DNA of 64,000 bases from Proteromonas lacertae (Eukaryota), in assembly GCA_002245135.1 (NCBI GenBank), contig NGBS01000871.1, positions 248,001-312,000 on the forward strand, read 5' to 3'. How positions within the stretch are numbered: the first letter of the stretch is position 1; every line of letters starts with the position of its first letter. This document shows, piece by piece, positions 37,367 to 50,048 of the stretch. The translations under genes and the position numbers were made by a program. The notes beneath the pieces were generated by a model. That model searched no databases, had not been told where the DNA came from, and saw only the letters and a list, made by a program, of their open reading frames with translations.

Positions 37367-38964
37367 TTATTCTAAGAAACAAGGTTCAAAATTATCATCA
37401 TTCAAATCAATACTCTTCTCCCTCATTATCATCTCTTTCTGTATTTCATTTCTATCATATTCATTCTCATTTTCATTAAACGAATTAATCAAATTCTTAG
37501 TCACATTTGGAGAAAAACTTTCAATTGGATCTTTAAATCTAACTCTTTTCTCATTACTACTTCCTATACCAATTATATTATTATTATTATCTATAAATTC
37601 ATCAATAATTGAATGATTTGAATAATTATTATAAGTATCATTATCATCACTGTGATGAATATGTTTATCTAAATTATACAAATCATATTTCTTTGGCAAT
37701 AATAACGAAGTTGGTGGTGTAAATTTTGGTGGAGAAAATGATGATATTGATGTATTAATTGGTGGAGAATTATAATCATTTAAAACGGATATATTTTCAA
37801 TATATGATGGTGATGAATTAGACACTGTACTGATGTTAGATGTAGAAGATGGTGATATTTTATATGTATTAATTTCTTCAATTTTATTATTGTTGTTTAT
37901 TTTTTCATCTATTTTTCTCTTATATTCATTCCATTCATCTTTTATTTTTATATTATCTTTTATACATCCTTCTAATTCATTCTTCAACTCATTATTCTTC
38001 ATCTTTTCTTCATCTAATTCTTCTTTTATTTTCAATACATAATCACTCAAATATAAGCAATTATTCATCAATCTTTGTATCAATTCTGTACTACTTCTAC
38101 ATGGAATACATATATCATTATTATCATCATTTAACTCATTATTAAACAGTGATGATATCTTCTGTATTTCCTTCTCTAACAATATTGAGGATAATTCTAT
38201 TTCATTATAATCCACTATTTGACTTTTGATTTGTTTTAATTCTTCATATTTTGAGATTTCTTTTTCTATTAAGGGATATTTTCCTTTTGGTATTGATTTA
38301 GATAGTACTGTATTAGGTGTATTCACTGTATTAGGTGTATTAGGTGTATTTATTATTGGTTTATTTAATGTGTATGGAGATGAATTATCTTCTTTTGAAT
38401 TTATTTCTTTATTCTCTTTTTCTGTTTGAACTATTACATCTTTGTTGTTTTCTTCATTTGCTTTAGTTGGAGTACTCGATACTGTTGTTGTAATTGAAGT
38501 TTCTGTTGATTTTACTTCCTTCACAGCATTTGAATTTTGTGTATTGTGTTTATTTGCTCTTGTTGTATGTTTTCGTTTATTCTCTTCATATTCTCTCATT
38601 TCTTCATCAAAATCAACTTCATGAAGAGATAAAGCACTCAAATCTGAAGAAATTATTGATAAAGATGAGTCTTTTGATATATTGATTCCTGTTATTGTGT
38701 GATGCTTTGGATTTTTTATTTCTTTTTCTTTATCTATATTTGTAATATGCAGATTATACTCTTACTTAACAATCTTGTAAAACTACTATTCTTCGAAATA
38801 CTCATTAATTTCTTTCTATTTAATTCTTCTTTGCTGAGTCTATATTGTGACAAATCATGAACCGAATCATCCCAAGCATGTTTTTTAATCATTTTCTTCG
38901 TTCTTTTTGGTGTTTGAGGTTTAGATTTAGTTCTTTGAATTTTTGCACTTTGCGATCTATGCAT
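37367..38964 (-). CDS. Coiled-coil protein with SPICE1-like N-terminal motif
   Basis: Exon 1 KKHAWDDSVHDLSQYRLSKEELNRKK.MSISKN resembles the SPICE1 N-terminus as recalled. The 26-nt intron 38734-38759 joins it in frame to the 424-aa coiled-coil ORF. Confidence 0.6.
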
Positions 38965-39226
38965 AAGATGTGTATATTAAAATGAAAATTTGAATTTGGA
39001 GCGAAAATTTAAAAAAGCTTGATTATGTTTGAAAATTTAAATCTCATTTATTGAATTTATTAAAAAGAATTGTTGCTTAAAACAAACCAATATATCATAT
39101 TCGTATCATTTTGATTACTATATATATTTTATTAATCAATAAGAATTTTAACCAACTACTTCAGGAAGTGTATTTAATCAGAAATTTAAACGGTACAATT
39201 GAAAATCTTGTGATTTGAACAATAAA

Positions 39227-39283
39227 GAACGATCTAGAAAGTGTATAAGAATAAAAAAAAGAAAAAAGAACTTTAGAATATTC
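39227..39283 (+). promoter_or_regulatory. Heat-shock-element-like nGAAn arrays upstream of BiP (present in both arms)
   Basis: GAAcgATCtaGAA at 39227-39239 (one mismatch to GAAnnTTCnnGAA) and GAAtaTTC at 39276-39283, followed by CCAAT at 39290. Confidence 0.4.
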
Positions 39284-39384
39284 TTTAAGCCAATAGAATT
39301 GTGACAAGTGAAATGAGGCTTAATTAGTATTTGTTTGTTAATTAAATAGTTTCATTTTCTATTTTCATTAATTTCATCTCAAAT

Positions 39385-41488
39385 ATGAAGAAATTTTTGA
39401 TATTTTTAATTGGTATGTATATAATTATATTAATGAATGCATATAATTGAATAATATGCATTGAATCTATATTATAAGACTGTTTTGTAATTTTTTATAG
39501 TTTTCAGTTTAGTAGTTTTCGCGAAAAGTGAAAAGAAAAGTGACGATGGTGATGAAGAATCCGAAAAAGAGAGTTTAGGAAGTGTAATTGGTATAGATTT
39601 AGGTACAACTTACAGTTGTGTTGGTGTATTCCAAAATGGTCATGTAGATATAATCGCGAATGACCAAGGTAATCGTATTACTCCAAGTTATGTAGCTTGG
39701 GATGGTGATGATCGTTTAATAGGTGATGCTGCCAAGAATCAAGCTACAATCAATCCTGAAAGAACAGTGTTTGATATAAAACGTTTAATTGGTCGAAAAT
39801 TTGGTGATAAGACAGTTCAACACGATATGAAGATGTGGCCTTTCCATGTAGTTGATAAAGGTAGCAAGCCTTTTATTCGTGTGAATATCAAAGGTGAAGA
39901 TAAAGATTTCAGTCCTGAAGAAATCAGTGCAATGGTTTTAGGTAAAATGAGAACAATCGCTGAGAACTATTTAGGTAAAGAAATCAAGAATGCTGTAGTA
40001 ACAGTTCCAGCCTATTTCAACGATGCTCAAAGACAAGCTACAAAGGATGCAGGTACAATTAGTGGTATGACAGTTCGTCGTATAATTAATGAACCAACAG
40101 CAGCAGCTATTGCTTATGGTTTAGATAAGAAAGGAGGTGAAAATAACATTTTAGTATTTGATTTAGGTGGTGGTACATTTGATGTAACTTTATTAACAAT
40201 CGATAATGGTGTATTTGAAGTATTAGCAACAAATGGTGATACTCATTTAGGTGGTGAAGATTTTGATCAACGAGTGATGGCTTATTTAATGAAAATCTTC
40301 CAAAAGAAATATAACAAAGATATGTCAAAAGATAAGAGATCAATTCAAAAATTACGTAAAGAAGTTGAAAGAGTAAAGAGAATGTTAAGTAGTCAACATC
40401 AAGCTCGTGTAGAAGTTGAAAGTTTATATGATGGTGTAGATTTCAGTGAAACCTTAACTCGAGCTAAATTTGAAGAATTAAATATCGATTTATTCAAAAA
40501 GACATTAGAACCAGTAAAGAAAGTATTAGAAGATGGTGATATGAAGAAACAAGATGTAAATGAGATAGTGTTGGTAGGTGGTTCAACTCGTATTCCAAAA
40601 GTTCAACAATTATTAAAAGATTATTTCAATGGTAAAGAATTAAACAAAGGTATAAATCCTGATGAAGCTGTAGCTTATGGTGCTGCAGTTCAAGGAGGTA
40701 TTTTAAGTGGAGATGCTAGTGAACAAACAAAAGATATCTTATTATTAGATGTAACTCCATTGAGTTTAGGTATTGAAACTGTTGGTGGAGTAATGACAGT
40801 GTTAATCAAAAGAAACAGTGTAATTCCAACCAAGAAAAGTCAAATCTTCAGTACATATCAAGATAATCAACCAGGTGTTTTAATCCAAGTATTTGAAGGT
40901 GAAAGATCTATGACAAAAGATAATCATTTATTAGGTAAATTTGAATTAAGTGGAATTCCTCCAGCTCCTCGTGGTCAACCTCAAATCGAAGTAACTTTTG
41001 AAATCGATGCCAATGGTATATTACAAGTAAGTGCTGAAGATAAAGGTACAGGTAAGAGTGAAAAGATCACAATAACAGCTGAGAAAGGTCGATTAAGTGA
41101 TGATGAAATCGAGAGAATGGTAAAAGAAGCTGAAGAATTTGCTGATGAAGATAAGAAGACAAAAGAACGTGTAGATAAGAAGAATAGTTTAGAAGGTTAT
41201 GCTTATAATTTAAAGAATACTTTGAATGATAAAGAAAAAGGTGTAGCTGATAAACTAAGTGAAGATGAAAAAGAGACCTTAGAAAAAGCTGTAAAAGAGA
41301 CATTAGATTGGTTAGATGAACATGATGAAGCTGATGCTGAAGAATATGAAGAAAAACAAAAAGAATTAGAAAGTATAGCTAATCCAATAATGGCTAAGTT
41401 TGGAGGAGGTGGTGCAGGTGAAGCTCCTGGTGGTGGTGCTCCAGGTGGTAGTGATGGAAGTGATGAAGATTTTAATGAAGAATTGTAA
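39385..41488 (+). CDS. BiP: ER luminal Hsp70 (BiP/GRP78), copy 1, 671 aa
   Basis: Signal peptide [17 protein letters not shown] split by intron 39413-39500. [28 protein letters not shown] and complete NBD/SBD. C-terminal NEEL. Confidence 0.97.
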
Positions 41489-41771
41489 AAGATATTATAT
41501 AACACAATTTTGTTTCTAAATTTTATTATTTTTTTTATTTTTAGTATTATTTATTTGATTGGGTTCGTGATTAAGATAGATTTGTTAAGTAGTATAAAGT
41601 TTGTAATACATATTTTATGTTTATTTTTATTTTTATACAAAATATACTGCAACTAAAAATAAGAGTGTGATTTATTGATTTATAATCGTTTATCTTGTTG
41701 ATATGATTAAGGTGAAAAATGAAAATAAATTCAGTATTTTTTCGCTCATTTCAGTTGACCCCCAAATTTTA

Positions 41772-43559
41772 ATGAATTCAAAAATCTTAGGCTATTCAGT
41801 TAAAACGTTATTGGGAAGGGGTTCTTTTGGTGAAGTTTATATGGTAGATAAGGATGGAGAAATATATGCATGTAAAAAACTGACGTCCAGAATGAATCAT
41901 GAAACAAGAAAAGCTTTACACCAGGAAGTATATTTAGCTTCATTTTATAAAATAGTTGAAAGCTTTACAAACCATTTCTAATAGATATATAGTTCATTAT
42001 GTCGATTCATTCGTTTACCAAAAAAGTACACACATAATAATGGAATATTGTCCTAGTGATATAGATAAAATAATCAGAGAATTAAGAACTACAGGCAGAA
42101 GGCTTACTGAGAGAGGTATTTTAAATATACTCGTTCAGTGTTTATTTGGATTAAGTTATTTACATGAAATTAATTATTTACACAGAGACATAAAACCAGG
42201 AAACCTTCTGATTACCTGTGATGGAGTAACAATATTAGGAGATTTAGGATTGACTAAGATGAATATAGACGATATAAGAAGACAACAGACGTTATGTGGT
42301 ACACCATCGTATATGGCACCAGAAGTATTAGCAAAGAGGTGTTATAATTCAGTAATTGATATTTGGAGTTTAGGAACAACGATATATGAGTTATGTACAT
42401 TAGAGCCATTATTTACAGGTCAATACCATGAACTATACGAGAAACAGAAAAAAGGACCAGTAATTCCAATACCAAATATATATTCAAGTGAATTAAAAAC
42501 AATCATTTTACATATGTTAATATATGAAGAATGTAATAGGCCAACAGTGGATGAATTATTATCTAATCCATATATAAAGGAATATATTAATAACAATATG
42601 GGTAAAGCATATGATAATGTAATGTTACAGGATGTTCAATCATTATTTGCAGAATCAGATTCATCATCAATGTCTGGAGTATTTTTATTATTAATATTAT
42701 TATGAATAGTCTTATAGAGATATCACACATACAACAGCTAGACCTCCTCCACCAATCATATTTGAATAACCTTTATCCTCTTGTTCAGATTGTTCAATAA
42801 TATTCAATGGAAATAATAATAATAATAATAATAATAAGAAAAGTGATTCACAAGATGAAGAAAGTATTGAAATTGATAGTGATGGTATAGAATCAGAAGT
42901 TCCAATATCTGATGTAATATCACTCTATAATACTCCTCATTACTTTATTGATTATTATCATAATAAGATGCCTGGACATAGTGGAAAATTGTATAGAAAC
43001 TTGGTAGTTGTTGGAGGTGAAGATGAAAGGATGATTGACTTTATAAATATTTATAATGATGGTTGTGTATATATTATTAATATATTATTATTAATATAGT
43101 TGTTATTTCCATGTCAAAGTAAATATGTATATTGTGATTGTGGGGTTAATCATACAATTTCTCCATTACAATTATCAGAAATTGACTCAATTCAAGAATT
43201 AATACAATCTACAATAAAATATTATGGAAAATTCCTTGGTTATAAGATAGAGTATTATTATATCATTTTATTTCATTTTTAATAGTCTAACACATGATAA
43301 AGTAATGGTTTTAGCTGAAAGAGATGAAAAGTTATTCAATTATGCAAATCGTCCAGAACAACATCATTTACTTGCTAGATTTTTTGAATTTCTTCAATTA
43401 TTTGATTTGACTAAAATACAAGAGCAATTATTTATTCATATTTATTGGTCAATTAAACATAATCCAATTTTATTTAAGAATAGTGGAAATGCATTGTTAT
43501 CTCTTCTTACTCCTTCATTAAGATCAGATTTCAGTATTCCATCCAGTGGTAAATTATAA
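41772..43559 (+). CDS. NEK/NIMA-like Ser/Thr kinase; C-terminal extension interrupted by an in-frame TAA at 42767
   Basis: LGRGSFGEV, YACKK, HRDIKPGN, GDLGL, CGTPSYMAPE and DIWSLG. Introns 41928-41955, 42679-42709, 43067-43099 and 43252-43285 keep one frame except for the TAA. Confidence 0.8.
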
Positions 43560-43729
43560 ATACATACATATATACATACAACAATGTAATTATTCTAATT
43601 TAATCATTTTCATTATTCATTTTGTATTTCATTGAATATTGTTAAAACCAAAACAGACAACTGTTATTTATATAATAATATCAAAATTAGAGAAAATTAC
43701 ATAACTGTTAAAAAATTGGATTTTAAATC

Positions 43730-46051
43730 AGAAACAAAATTGTGTTATATAATATCTTTTACAATTCTTCATTAAAATCTTCATCACTTCCATCACTACC
43801 ACCTGGAGCACCACCACCAGGAGCTTCACCTGCACCACCTCCTCCAAACTTAGCCATTATTGGATTAGCTATACTTTCTAATTCTTTTTGTTTTTCTTCA
43901 TATTCTTCAGCATCAGCTTCATCATGTTCATCTAACCAATCTAATGTCTCTTTTACAGCTTTTTCTAAGGTCTCTTTTTCATCTTCACTTAGTTTATCAG
44001 CTACACCTTTTTCTTTATCATTCAAAGTATTCTTTAAATTATAAGCATAACCTTCTAAACTATTCTTCTTATCTACACGTTCTTTTGTCTTCTTATCTTC
44101 ATCAGCAAATTCTTCAGCTTCTTTTACCATTCTCTCGATTTCATCATCACTTAATCGACCTTTCTCAGCTGTTATTGTGATCTTTTCACTCTTACCTGTA
44201 CCTTTATCTTCAGCACTTACTTGTAATATACCATTGGCATCGATTTCAAAAGTTACTTCGATTTGAGGTTGACCACGAGGAGCTGGAGGAATTCCACTTA
44301 ATTCAAATTTACCTAATAAATGATTATCTTTTGTCATAGATCTTTCACCTTCAAATACTTGGATTAAAACACCTGGTTGATTATCTTGATATGTACTGAA
44401 GATTTGACTTTTCTTGGTTGGAATTACACTGTTTCTTTTGATTAACACTGTCATTACTCCACCAACAGTTTCAATACCTAAACTCAATGGAGTTACATCT
44501 AATAATAAGATATCTTTTGTTTGTTCACTAGCATCTCCACTTAAAATACCTCCTTGAACTGCAGCACCATAAGCTACAGCTTCATCAGGATTTATACCTT
44601 TGTTTAATTCTTTACCATTGAAATAATCTTTTAATAATTGTTGAACTTTTGGAATACGAGTTGAACCACCTACCAACACTATCTCATTTACATCTTGTTT
44701 CTTCATATCACCATCTTCTAATACTTTCTTTACTGGTTCTAATGTCTTTTTGAATAAATCGATATTTAATTCTTCAAATTTAGCTCGAGTTAAGGTTTCA
44801 CTGAAATCTACACCATCATATAAACTTTCAACTTCTACACGAGCTTGATGTTGACTACTTAACATTCTCTTTACTCTTTCAACTTCTTTACGTAATTTTT
44901 GAATTGATCTCTTATCTTTTGACATATCTTTGTTATATTTCTTTTGGAAGATTTTCATTAAATAAGCCATCACTCGTTGATCAAAATCTTCACCACCTAA
45001 ATGAGTATCACCATTTGTTGCTAATACTTCAAATACACCATTATCGATTGTTAATAAAGTTACATCAAATGTACCACCACCTAAATCAAATACTAAAATG
45101 TTATTTTCACCTCCTTTCTTATCTAAACCATAAGCAATAGCTGCTGCTGTTGGTTCATTAATTATACGACGAACTGTCATACCACTAATTGTACCTGCAT
45201 CCTTTGTAGCTTGTCTTTGAGCATCGTTGAAATAGGCTGGAACTGTTACTACAGCATTCTTGATTTCTTTACCTAAATAGTTCTCAGCGATTGTTCTCAT
45301 TTTACCTAAAACCATTGCACTGATTTCTTCAGGACTGAAATCTTTATCTTCACCTTTGATATTCACACGAATAAAAGGCTTGCTACCTTTATCAACTACA
45401 TGGAAAGGCCACATCTTCATATCGTGTTGAACTGTCTTATCACCAAATTTTCGACCAATTAAACGTTTTATATCAAATACTGTTCTTTCAGGATTGATTG
45501 TAGCTTGATTCTTGGCAGCATCACCTATTAAACGATCATCACCATCCCAAGCTACATAACTTGGAGTAATACGATTACCTTGGTCATTCGCAATTATATC
45601 TACATGACCATTTTGGAATACACCAACACAACTGTAAGTTGTACCTAAATCTATACCAATTACACTTCCTAAACTCTCTTTTTCGGATTCTTCATCACCA
45701 TCGTCACTTTTCTTTTCACTTTTCGCGAAAACTACTAAACTGAAAACTATAAAAAATTACAAAACAGTCTTATAATATAGATTCAATGCATATTATTCAA
45801 TTATATGCATTCATTAATATAACTATATACATACCAATTAAAAATATCAAAAATTTCTTCATATTTGAGATGAAATTAATGAAAATAGAAAATGAAACTA
45901 TTTAATTAATAAACAAATACTAATTAAGCCTCATTTCACTTGTCACAATTCTATTGGTTTAAAGAATATTCTAAAGTTCTTTTTTCTTTTTTTTTATTCT
46001 TATACACTTTCTAGATCGTTCTTTATTGTTCAAATCACAAGATTTTCAATT
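43730..46051 (-). repeat. Right arm of the ~2.32-kb inverted repeat
   Basis: Reverse complement of 39197-41517. Confidence 0.95.
43759..45862 (-). CDS. BiP: ER luminal Hsp70 (BiP/GRP78), copy 2
   Basis: Same 2104-nt span, same 88-nt intron and same protein as copy 1; the two coding differences seen are synonymous. Confidence 0.97.
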
Positions 46052-46508
46052 ATACTTACTCTTTTAATTGTGATTAGTGTATTTATAGTTTTGAAATTAG
46101 AATGTAATGATTAGCAAATTATGAAGTATAAAAATAATATTGTGCTTTAAGATATGAATTTATTATGTAATGTTATACTATTATCATCTAGAACAATAAT
46201 GATTTTTTGTGAATGTTTCTAATAACAGTGTAGAATCCCTCATTAAAATCTTTTAATCATTTCTAAATATAATTATGAAGTAAAAACAGAAGAATAATCG
46301 AATATATAAATACAAACCATTTTTTCCTTCTTGTATATGGACTATTATTCGATTTGTGAGATATAATAACTATTAGTTTTAATTTATACCATCATCTTTG
46401 TTGATTTATTAATTGAAATACAATTCGTTGAATTTCTTTGATAATCAAGAAAAGTGCTTTACACTATACGTTTTTAAATCTAAAGATTCTTTTACTTCTA
46501 AGTTCATA

Positions 46509-47505
46509 ATGTCAACTCCAAAAATTCTTGTAACAGGTGCAGCTGGTCAAATTGGCACAGATTTAATACCCAGTATTTTTTTAATTGATAATAATTTATA
46601 TTATAGAATTAAGACAATTATATGGAAATGAAAATGTAGTTGCTTCAGATGTTAGATTCCCAAACAAGGCATTAAAAAATGCTGGACCATCTGCTTACTT
46701 AGATGTAATGGATCTTGAAGGAATTAAGCGTATCATTGTTGAACATGATATCACTTGGATTTTCCATTTAGGTGCTTTATTATCTGCTGTTGGAGAAAAG
46801 AATCCAAAATTAGCCATGGATGTAAATATTAAAGGTTCAATGAATATTATTGAAGCTGCCAATATGCACAGATGCAGATTATACATCCCATCAACCATTG
46901 GTGCATTTGGACCATCTTCTCCAAAAGATAATACACCAGATGTTTGTATCATGAGACCAACCACAATGTACGGTGTAAGTAAAGTATCAATTGAATTATT
47001 AGGAGAATACTACCACAATAAATTCGGTTTAGATTACCGTGCATTAAGATATCCAGGTATATTATCATCAGCTGCTTTACCAGGAGGCGGTACTACTGAT
47101 TATGCTATTGCTATTTTCTATGGTGCATTAATTGATAAGAAATATGAGTGTTTCTTAAGTGAAAACACAACATTACCAATGATGTACATGCCTGATTGTT
47201 TAAAGTGTACAATTGACTTTATGGCTGCTCCAAGAGAAAAGTTAACTCAATGTGTATATAATATTGCTGCTTGGTCATTCAGTCCAAAAGAAATTGGTGA
47301 TTTAATTAAAAAGAGAATTCCCGAGTTTGAAATGATCTACAAACCAGATTCAAGACAAGCAATTGCTGATACATGGCCAAGAACTTTAGATGATAGTAAT
47401 GCTCGTAAAGATTGGGGATGGAAAGAAACTTACACCTTAGATGCTATGATTGATGATATGCTTAAAGAAATAGCTGAAAATATAAAGAAAGGAATTAAGC
47501 CATAA
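46509..47505 (+). CDS. TDH: L-threonine 3-dehydrogenase (SDR type)
   Basis: ILVTGAAGQIG, HLGALLSAVGE, PSTIGAFGP, RPTTMYGVSK, PGGGTTDYA and RQAIADTWP. One intron after DLIP. Confidence 0.92.
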
Positions 47506-47784
47506 ATAATAGGAAATAATAGTTATTATGACTTATTTGAAATTGTATGTTTTGTTTTTAAGATTTCTTCTGATAATTCTATCTTCTCCAATTCCATCTA
47601 ATTTGATTATTCCAAATGCTGAGAATTTTTAAAAAAATGATTACTATTCTGATTTATCTATATTCTCTTTTACTGTTATTGATTATTCATCTAAACAGTT
47701 AAATATTTCTTTGTTTCTTTTGGTTTACTATTGTATGAATTTATCAAATCATCTCGAATTTCTTCCCATTTATCATTTTCAAGA

Positions 47785-48480
47785 TTATTCTGATGGAAAT
47801 AATATTGTAAATTTTATAATTGCATTATCATTATTATATAATATTTCTTTTCTCTCTTTATATATCATTAAATAATTATCATCATCTTTCAATATTTCAC
47901 TCTTTTTTATCAATTCTTTTCTCAATTCTTTTAAACTCAATCTATCTTTGTTTTTCACTTTCAATATTCTATCAATCATTTCTGTCATGTCATCATTACA
48001 TTCTATATCTAAACTGTATTTACATCTCATAATATTCTCTTTTGTTTTATTCATACTATCATCTTCATTAAATGGTAATTTCTTGTTTATCATTTCATAT
48101 ATTATACATCCAATTAACCAAATCACACTACTTTCATTACATTCTAATCCGTTTAATTCTTCTTAGCTTTTAAAGAAGATAACATATTTATGAATAAATC
48201 ACATAATTTTACACTATCTCTCTTTGTATTACTAACCACTATATTATATTCACTCAATATTATCAAAATATTTTCTCTCCATTATCATATATTCACTACA
48301 TTTATTATCTCATAAAGTATACTCACTACAAATATCTAATAAAAAATAAATTGTTCTATAAGATTTTCATTATTTATTTTATATGCCACATATATCTATG
48401 ATTCTCATCATCTTTATGTCATTTTGATGTTGTATTATTAAATCTGTTTCATTATCACTCTTTTCTACTCTTTCTTTTAC
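47785..48480 (-). pseudogene. Degenerate protein-kinase-like fragment
   Basis: IWLIGCIIYEMINKKLPF...DRLS resembles kinase subdomains IX-XI. The upstream sequence has stops/frameshifts and no intact HRD/DFG. Boundaries approximate. Confidence 0.5.
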
Positions 48481-48674
48481 CTAAATAAATAAATCAACTA
48501 AAATATTTCAGTATCATATGATAAAAATGAAGATAATATCTCATCTACAAAAGAATTCAGCATTTTAATTTTTGTTAAAAAAGTATTTTATAATGACAAT
48601 TTTTTATACATTTATAACAGAAAACTCATTTTATATTTATACTTATATTAATATAATATCTATATTAGTATTTA

Positions 48675-49979
48675 TTATTCATCTTCACTATTATCTTCAA
48701 CTACCAACAAAGCAACATTACCAATTAACTCATGTTCTTTTAGACTTTTATTATTTTCATCTCTTCTAAACACAGTTTTAGGATATCCTAAGTTCAAAGT
48801 AAACTTATTTAATTTCAAATTTGTTTTATCTAATATAAATTCAACGTAATCAAATAATGTCTATACAATGCATAATCAAAAATATATGTAAAAATACATT
48901 CAAATTTTCTTCCAATAAGAACTTTCTTTGTATTTTTGTTCCATTTGGAAAGGAGAACCTGAAATTACCACATAATCCTTCAATATTACTCGGTTCATGT
49001 TCAAATTTCTCTTCCCATTGTTTTAATCTTACTTCTCTTTCATGTTGTAAAGAAATTGTAATTGCACTTTCTAACTGCTTCTTCTCATCTTCCTGCTGTT
49101 TTGCTAAGAGCTATGAATAGAATATAAATATAAATATAACATAAATTTAATAACTAGGTTGAAATTCAGATTTGAATTATTAAATATAAACGTGATATGA
49201 TATGATATATATAGCAAATATATATATATATACTCTTTGTCTATCACTCTCCATTGCCCTTGCATACTCCATTTCCATTTCTTCCTTCATTCTTCTCTCC
49301 GTTTCACGTGCTATTCTTTCAGCTTCTTCTCTTTCACGTTGTTCTACATGCTGATTATAACAATTTGTCATATTAGAAATTAATTCGTTACATTTTGGTA
49401 AACCTTCCCATTGACCGACAATTGTACCACTTATTGTATTTCGTGTATTATTTTCTGAGGTAAATGAGAAGAGCAATAACAAGGGGAATTCAACTGCATG
49501 AGTTTGATTTACCAAACTATAACCATCTGAAGATAATGCGCTTGTAATCCAACAACAAAATTTTTCTGAAACAAATGATATAAAATCAGGATTACATAAA
49601 ATATCTTCTACAAATTTATCTGTATTTTGATTAAATTCAGAATGAACATAAATTAGAAGTAATTTCTTTTCTTGTTGAGAATGGCCAATCTATATATTTA
49701 TTAAAATATGTATATACAGCTCCTTTGAATGAAGATGGAATGAAATTAGGACAGTTTCTTCCATACTTTCTATGAAACTCATTAAGAATATTCTTTGATT
49801 CCAATTCTCGTTGTGCTTCATATTCATCAGTTCCAGGAAGTATAACAGGAAAAACTACGGAATATAGAATCTTTACATTTATACATGATCTAAACGTATT
49901 AGTTAATAGCGTGACTATTGATTTGGTTCTATCTGCTGCTAATAAAATAAAATTGGATTTATATACCAACGTCTTCCAT
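48675..49979 (-). CDS. UBX/UAS domain p97 cofactor (FAF2/UBXD8-like)
   Basis: KKLLLIYVHS (UAS), coiled coil EMEMEYARAMESDRQR, and UBX FRFSFPNGTKIQRKF...LFDYV...GYPK. Four introns, one of 123 nt. Confidence 0.85.
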
Positions 49980-50048
49980 TGTAAAGAAGTGATTTAACTA
50001 TCAAACTAGTTTGAGTTTAAAAAAAGAATATCGTTTATTCTAGAACAA

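Larger units (their letters stand above)
39197..41517 (+). repeat. Left arm of a ~2.32-kb inverted repeat (BiP promoter + gene)
   Basis: Reverse complement of 43730-46051; five substitutions and one 1-nt indel found. Confidence 0.95.

Noticed and set aside
42767..42769. Genetic-code reassignment of TAA
   Set aside because: TAA is the true terminator of conserved genes here (BiP, SUMO, TDH, FCF2), and the 14-kb ORF contains none internally.
41203..44180. Duplicated 100-aa and 78-aa ORFs on opposite strands
   Set aside because: Antisense frames of the two BiP copies, duplicated only because of the inverted repeat.
39197..46051. Inverted repeat as transposon terminal inverted repeats
   Set aside because: The arms are a complete housekeeping gene, the interior is a kinase, and I saw no transposase or target-site duplication.
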